64,000 nucleotides of DNA. It comes from an uncultured Chloroflexia bacterium. GTDB lineage: Bacteria > Chloroflexota > Anaerolineae > Anaerolineales > Villigracilaceae. Numbering within the stretch: position 1 is the first letter of the stretch; the number at the start of each line of letters is the position of its first letter. Where the stretch lies: the NCBI GenBank assembly GCA_963814135.1, contig CAWFBZ010000013.1, forward strand, positions 41,222-105,221, written 5' to 3'. Shown here piece by piece: positions 59,789 to 64,000 of the stretch. The position numbers and the translations under genes are program-made. The notes beneath the pieces were generated by a model. The model did not search any database and was not told the origin of the DNA. It saw only the letters and a program-made list of their open reading frames with translations.

Positions 59789-60691
59789 ATGTCGCGTTAC
59801 GACCTGTGCCTGGCCTGGAACTGGGAGTATGACGCCGACTTCGTCCATATGATCGAAGCCGCATGCAACGCGCGCGGGGTATCTCTGTTGCAGGTCACAC
59901 CGGATTCGTTGGGCCAGGTGATGGCCGGATTGGAAAACAAGGAAATTTCTTTTCGCATCTTTTTCGACCGCGCCTCAAACTCCGATCCAAACTTCCAGAC
60001 ATTGGTGGATTGGGCCAGGCGGCATCGGTCATTTTGCTTGAATCCGCAGAAGCACGCCATCTGGTCGAGGGATAAAGCCACCATGCACCTGGAGTTCCTC
60101 AGTCATGGTCTGTATATTCCACATACGATCATTCTTTCTCCATTTGATATGCAATCTACGCTCAATCTGCCCGACCTGGAGCCGCTGGGCGGTAGTTTCG
60201 CCATCAAACCGGCCTGTGAAGGCGGTGGAGATGGCGTAATCCTCGAAGCCACCGCATGGGAACAAGTGCTGGAGGCGAGGCAACAGTACGCCCACGAGAA
60301 ATACTTGCTGCAGGCGCACGTAACCACGCGCACCTTGAACGATCGTCCAGCCTGGTTCCGGGTCCTGTTTTGCAATGGGGCAATCTATTCAAGTTGGTGG
60401 GACCAGAACACCCACATCTACACGCGCGTCACTGCAGAAGAAAAAGCCCGTTTCGGCTTGCGTAGCCTGCGGGAGATCTCGACCCGGATCGCCCAGATCT
60501 GTGGCTTGCACCTGTTCTCCACAGAAATCGCCCTGACGGAAGAGGGGCGTTTCCTGGTGGTTGACTACGTCAACGACCCGGTGGATTTACGCTTGCAGTC
60601 GAACGCTGCCGATGGGGTGCCAGATGTTTACGTACAGAATATCGCCGCCAGGCTGGTAAGGCTGGCAGAGAGCCGCTGCGCTCGCTCGTAA
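59789..60691 (+). CDS. ATP-grasp-fold protein of unknown substrate
   Basis: ..GGSFAIKPACEGGGDGVIL.., ..YLLQAHV.., ..LFSTEIALTEEGRFLVVDYVND.. pattern reminiscent of RimK-like ATP-grasp enzymes. Confidence 0.5.
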   Translation: MSRYDLCLAWNWEYDADFVHMIEAACNARGVSLLQVTPDSLGQVMAGLENKEISFRIFFDRASNSDPNFQTLVDWARRHRSFCLNPQKHAIWSRDKATMHLEFLSHGLYIPHTIILSPFDMQSTLNLPDLEPLGGSFAIKPACEGGGDGVILEATAWEQVLEARQQYAHEKYLLQAHVTTRTLNDRPAWFRVLFCNGAIYSSWWDQNTHIYTRVTAEEKARFGLRSLREISTRIAQICGLHLFSTEIALTEEGRFLVVDYVNDPVDLRLQSNAADGVPDVYVQNIAARLVRLAESRCARS

Positions 60692-60699
60692 GACGTTGG

Positions 60700-61088
60700 G
60701 AATATAACCAAGACGACGAAAACAAGTGCAGGAACAGCCTCCAAATTGCAGGACTGGTTCAGGAAAAACACGCAAGCTATGCTGCTGATGCAGTGGATCA
60801 CCTGGGTATTCATCCCGTTGAATGCCATCTCGGATATGTTCGCTTATGAACGCCAGAAAGGCACCTTGCGGCGGTTGTTGACCACTCCCACCCGTAAAGG
60901 CACTTACCTGCTCGGTACGATCTTTGGACAGGTGCTGAACACGTTGCTTCAGATGGTGCGGCTGGCGGGCTGCTGGATATCGTCCTGCATGGTCAGGGTT
61001 TGATGGCGATCCTGCCGGAGGCTGGAATATTGCTTGGATTTGCGGTCCTGTTCTTTGGGGCGGGCATCTGGCGCTTCAAGATTGAGTG
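60700..61088 (+). pseudogene. Remnant of an ABC-2 type permease (internal deletion plus frameshift)
   Basis: ..FAYERQKGTLRRLLTTPTRKGTYLLGTIFGQVL.. (ORF 60746..61003), then in another frame ..LMAILPEAGILLGFAVLFFGAGIWRFKIE*; far too short for the family and no partner ATPase. Confidence 0.55.
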
Positions 61089-61102
61089 AGGACGATGGCA
61101 AG

Positions 61103-61139
61103 AAAAGGACCAGGTCCCGATATAGGATCTGGTCCTTTT
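61103..61139. terminator. Stem-loop with flanking A/T runs between the permease remnant and the convergent kinase gene
   Basis: AAAAGGACCAG-loop-CTGGTCCTTTT. Confidence 0.5.
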
Positions 61140-61283
61140 CGATCAAGTGAGGTCAAGACCGTTATAACGGGTCCAGGGTCTTTGCCGCCCGCAGGGTATT
61201 TTTCATCTTGCAATTTGGAGACGGCAGCGATGAGAATATCGGCCTGGCTGCTATTTTTGGACAGGCGCTTAGGCCTGGTCAAG

Positions 61284-64000
61284 TCAATCGCGCTCTTGCT
61301 CCTGATCAACCGGTAACCAGACGGTAAAGACCGCGCCATGGCCCTCCGGGACATTGCCCACCTCAATACGACCGTGATGCTTCTCCACCATTTGTTTCAC
61401 AATTGCCAGGCCAAGCCCGGTTCCGGGTACACCGGTAATATGACCGGCATTGCCACGGTAAAAGCGTTCGAAAAGGCGCGGCAGATCGTCCTGGGCGATT
61501 CCCGGACCGTTATCCTCAACGCTGAAGATCGCCCAGACTTTCCCCACATGGTCTTCCGCCCTGCGCGTGGAGATATGCACCTGTCCGCCAGCCGGCGTGT
61601 AGTTCAGGGCATTGGTCATCAAGTTAGATAATGCCTGGACGATCATGACTTCATCCAACCAGGTGGTCGGGAGGCCGGGCTGTAACTCGAGCGTCAAAGA
61701 GAGACCGCGCTCTTCTGCAAAGGCCTTGCGGTCGTTCACCAGGGTCTGGATGATCCGGTTCAAATCTTGTGGCTTGGGCCGGAACGATACCTGCCCGGTG
61801 TCCAGCCGGGAGAGTTTAAGCATGTCCTCAATCAGGATCCGCAACCGCTGGATCTCCCGTCCAATCACGTCCAGGCGTTCCTCGGTCTTCTCTTCGGGAT
61901 TTGCCCGCAGCATCTGGTGATACAGGACCAGGTTGGTCAGAGGGGTGCGTAATTCATGATTGATGTTTGCAATGAATTCGGACTTCAACACATCTGTCGT
62001 TTGGGCTTTTTGTAAAGCTTCCTGGAGTTCTGCCGTACGTTCCCCAACCATCTCTTCCAGGCGTTCGGAATATTCCTTCAAAGCCTGGTCCACCCGGATG
62101 CGGTCGGTAATATCTCGGGATACCCCCATTACGGAGGTGATTTCCCCATCCTTACCTCTGAGTGGCACCAGCCAGGTGCCCAGCCATTTCTCACCACCCG
62201 GAAAGCCCATTGGGGCTTCGATATAAACAGGCATCCCGGAAGTCCATACCCCGGAGATGGATTGGAGTTGGCGCTCGACCACATCGCTGGAAAACAAGCT
62301 GGAGATCTTCATTCCAATGATCATTTCTGGTTGAAATCCAAATTGAAGCGAGGCGAATTTGTTGGCGTAATCGATATTTCCACCTTCCCCAATAATGAAA
62401 ATCATGTCGTGAGAAGCCTCGGCAAGAATGCGGTAACGTTCCTCGCTCGCGGCCAAGGCTTCCTCTGCCCGTTTGCGCTGCAGGATGTCCCTGCAAAGAG
62501 AGACAACCGCTTTGCCATGTTTCGTTTTTACCACGTTGGCATTGATTTCCACCGGGAAAATGCTACCGTCCGGATGTTGGTAATCAATATCCAGGTTCCT
62601 GATTGAGCCCTTTTTGAAACAATTGGACACTTCTTTTTGATTTCGCTCACGATCGTAAGGCGCAGTCCACTCGAAAACCTGCCTTCCCAAAATCTCACCA
62701 ACGGAGGCGTGGCCGGTCATGTGGGCGTACATCAGGTTGGCGTTAATTACCCGCCCCTGCTCGCTTAATACAACAAACCCGGTGTCGGTGGTTTCGATGA
62801 CTGCGCGATATCTCTCCTCGCTTTCCAGCAGGTCTTCTTCGGCTTGTTTCTCCTCGGTGATATCTTCGACCAATAGTATGCTTCCTACCGCCTGGTCTTG
62901 GTCACGAATTGGACGTCCAATGACCCTGAGAACAGTACCCTTCCCGTAGATCGAGTTGAAGGGAGTTTCCACCAGGAGATCTTTCCCGTTTTGAAGCCGT
63001 TCCAGATAAGGGACTAACCCGGCTTGTTGGATTCCGGGGATCTTGCGGATGTCCGTTTCCATGGCTCGCGACCTGGCATCTCCGGCCGGCAACCCGATGA
63101 TTTTTTCCAATTGGGGGTTCTCATAAACAATCCGCATTTCCTTATCCAGGCGGATGATGCCGATCGGAGCGTTCTCCAGAATCCCCCTATTGAGCTCTAG
63201 AAGAGTCTTGTACTTTTCCTCGGATTGTTGCAAGGCTTCCCGGGTTTTCTTGCGCTCCTCCAGCAGCAGGGCGCCCTTCAAGGCAGTGCTGATTTCCCGG
63301 CTTAACGCCTCGCGCAGGGAACCCGGCATGGTTTCCAGGGGCTCGATCACGATAAACCCTAATTGTGTTTCATCCCTGAAGTGGAGCGGCTCAAGCAAGA
63401 TGGAGAAGCGTTTTTCGCCAGGCAGGATTGCTTGTGGCACCAATTGGCGCGAGGGGAAACGGACCCCACCCGGTTCCAGATCCAGGCGGTCATTCCCATT
63501 GACCGACAGGATCAAGCGGGACCATTCTGTCGGAAATTCTGGTTGGCCTTCGACGGGTTGCTCGTATAGCGAAATATAGCAACTCCGGATGCCCAAACCA
63601 GGCAATTGGCTGGCAACCACTTCTATCACTCCGGCCACATCAAAGGCCGTCATCAAAGGTTCACTGATCCCGGTGGTGAAATCAAAAGCGCGCCGCTCAG
63701 CCTGCAGCCTGCGGTGCGCCTGCGTCCAGCGGGCATTTTCCATCACCAATATTTGGCCAGTTTGTAATAATCTTTCGACCCGGGTCCGTTCTTCCCCCAT
63801 CGCCAGGGGTGCACACAGGTTAACCTGCAGCCCGTACATCAACTGGCGCCATTGCATCACGTCCCCGTTATTTGCACCCACCTGGCGGAGCATTTCATCC
63901 AGGATTTGGATGAAATCATTATCCCCCTTCCTTTTCGGTGCATTTGAGAGCGCCGCCAGCAACCGTTCGGCCCAGCCCTGATTCAAGCTGGAAGCCGAAG
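61284..64000 (-). CDS. Multi-PAS sensor histidine kinase; N-terminus may extend past the window edge
   Basis: At least three PAS modules, H-box NINHELRTPLTNL, N/G boxes LMTNALNYTP, DNGPGI, GTGLGLAIVK; frame still open upstream of the TTG at 63986. Confidence 0.88.
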   Translation of the reverse strand, partial: SASSLNQGWAERLLAALSNAPKRKGDNDFIQILDEMLRQVGANNGDVMQWRQLMYGLQVNLCAPLAMGEERTRVERLLQTGQILVMENARWTQAHRRLQAERRAFDFTTGISEPLMTAFDVAGVIEVVASQLPGLGIRSCYISLYEQPVEGQPEFPTEWSRLILSVNGNDRLDLEPGGVRFPSRQLVPQAILPGEKRFSILLEPLHFRDETQLGFIVIEPLETMPGSLREALSREISTALKGALLLEERKKTREALQQSEEKYKTLLELNRGILENAPIGIIRLDKEMRIVYENPQLEKIIGLPAGDARSRAMETDIRKIPGIQQAGLVPYLERLQNGKDLLVETPFNSIYGKGTVLRVIGRPIRDQDQAVGSILLVEDITEEKQAEEDLLESEERYRAVIETTDTGFVVLSEQGRVINANLMYAHMTGHASVGEILGRQVFEWTAPYDRERNQKEVSNCFKKGSIRNLDIDYQHPDGSIFPVEINANVVKTKHGKAVVSLCRDILQRKRAEEALAASEERYRILAEASHDMIFIIGEGGNIDYANKFASLQFGFQPEMIIGMKISSLFSSDVVERQLQSISGVWTSGMPVYIEAPMGFPGGEKWLGTWLVPLRGKDGEITSVMGVSRDITDRIRVDQALKEYSERLEEMVGERTAELQEALQKAQTTDVLKSEFIANINHELRTPLTNLVLYHQMLRANPEEKTEERLDVIGREIQRLRILIEDMLKLSRLDTGQVSFRPKPQDLNRIIQTLVNDRKAFAEERGLSLTLELQPGLPTTWLDEVMIVQALSNLMTNALNYTPAGGQVHISTRRAEDHVGKVWAIFSVEDNGPGIAQDDLPRLFERFYRGNAGHITGVPGTGLGLAIVKQMVEKHHGRIEVGNVPEGHGAVFTVWLPVDQEQERD

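Overview
Chromosomal, mostly housekeeping window from a moderately GC-rich bacterium. The protein signatures (vWA-FHA/PP2C module, Thr/Pro-linker lipoproteins, T-box-controlled valS, double-AAA+ DnaC-like loader) suggest a Chloroflexota/Anaerolineae-like origin, but this is inference only.

Coding content:
- Replication genes: dnaB 3' part, a DnaD-domain protein, a tandem-ATPase DnaC/DnaI-like loader, dnaN, holB.
- Metabolism: an xpt-HIT-guaA purine salvage operon, pdxR divergent from pdxS-pdxT, tmk, gmk, a deoxynucleoside kinase.
- valS at the end of a three-gene unit headed by a Val-specific T-box leader.
- Envelope genes: a PBP2-type transpeptidase, an L,D-transpeptidase, maf, rsgA, glycosyltransferases.
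- Two paralogous YtrA/GntR-controlled ABC-2 exporter operons. One is extended with DUF3887, SPFH, DUF4177, PLDc_N and a CPBP protease.
- Signalling proteins: a GAF histidine kinase, a PAS-GAF-GAF-HD-GYP protein, a multi-PAS histidine kinase.
- Two tandem sulfatase-like membrane paralogues.

Non-coding highlights:
- A cluster of DnaA boxes with an adjacent AT-rich tract at 27.9-28.25 kb (candidate oriC).
- Two RAYT (HUH/Y1 transposase) loci with their own GTAG-headed REP palindromes. The second carries unusual half-site tandem arrays, each ending in a related palindrome, and appears to sit in the remains of a Type III R-M locus.

About twenty intragenic frameshifts occur, including in essential genes. 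They are most simply explained by indel errors in the assembly, so pseudogene calls here are provisional.

I found no convincing complete novel defence or biosynthetic system. The RAYT/REP-array locus, the ori-like region and the T-box unit are the most unusual items.
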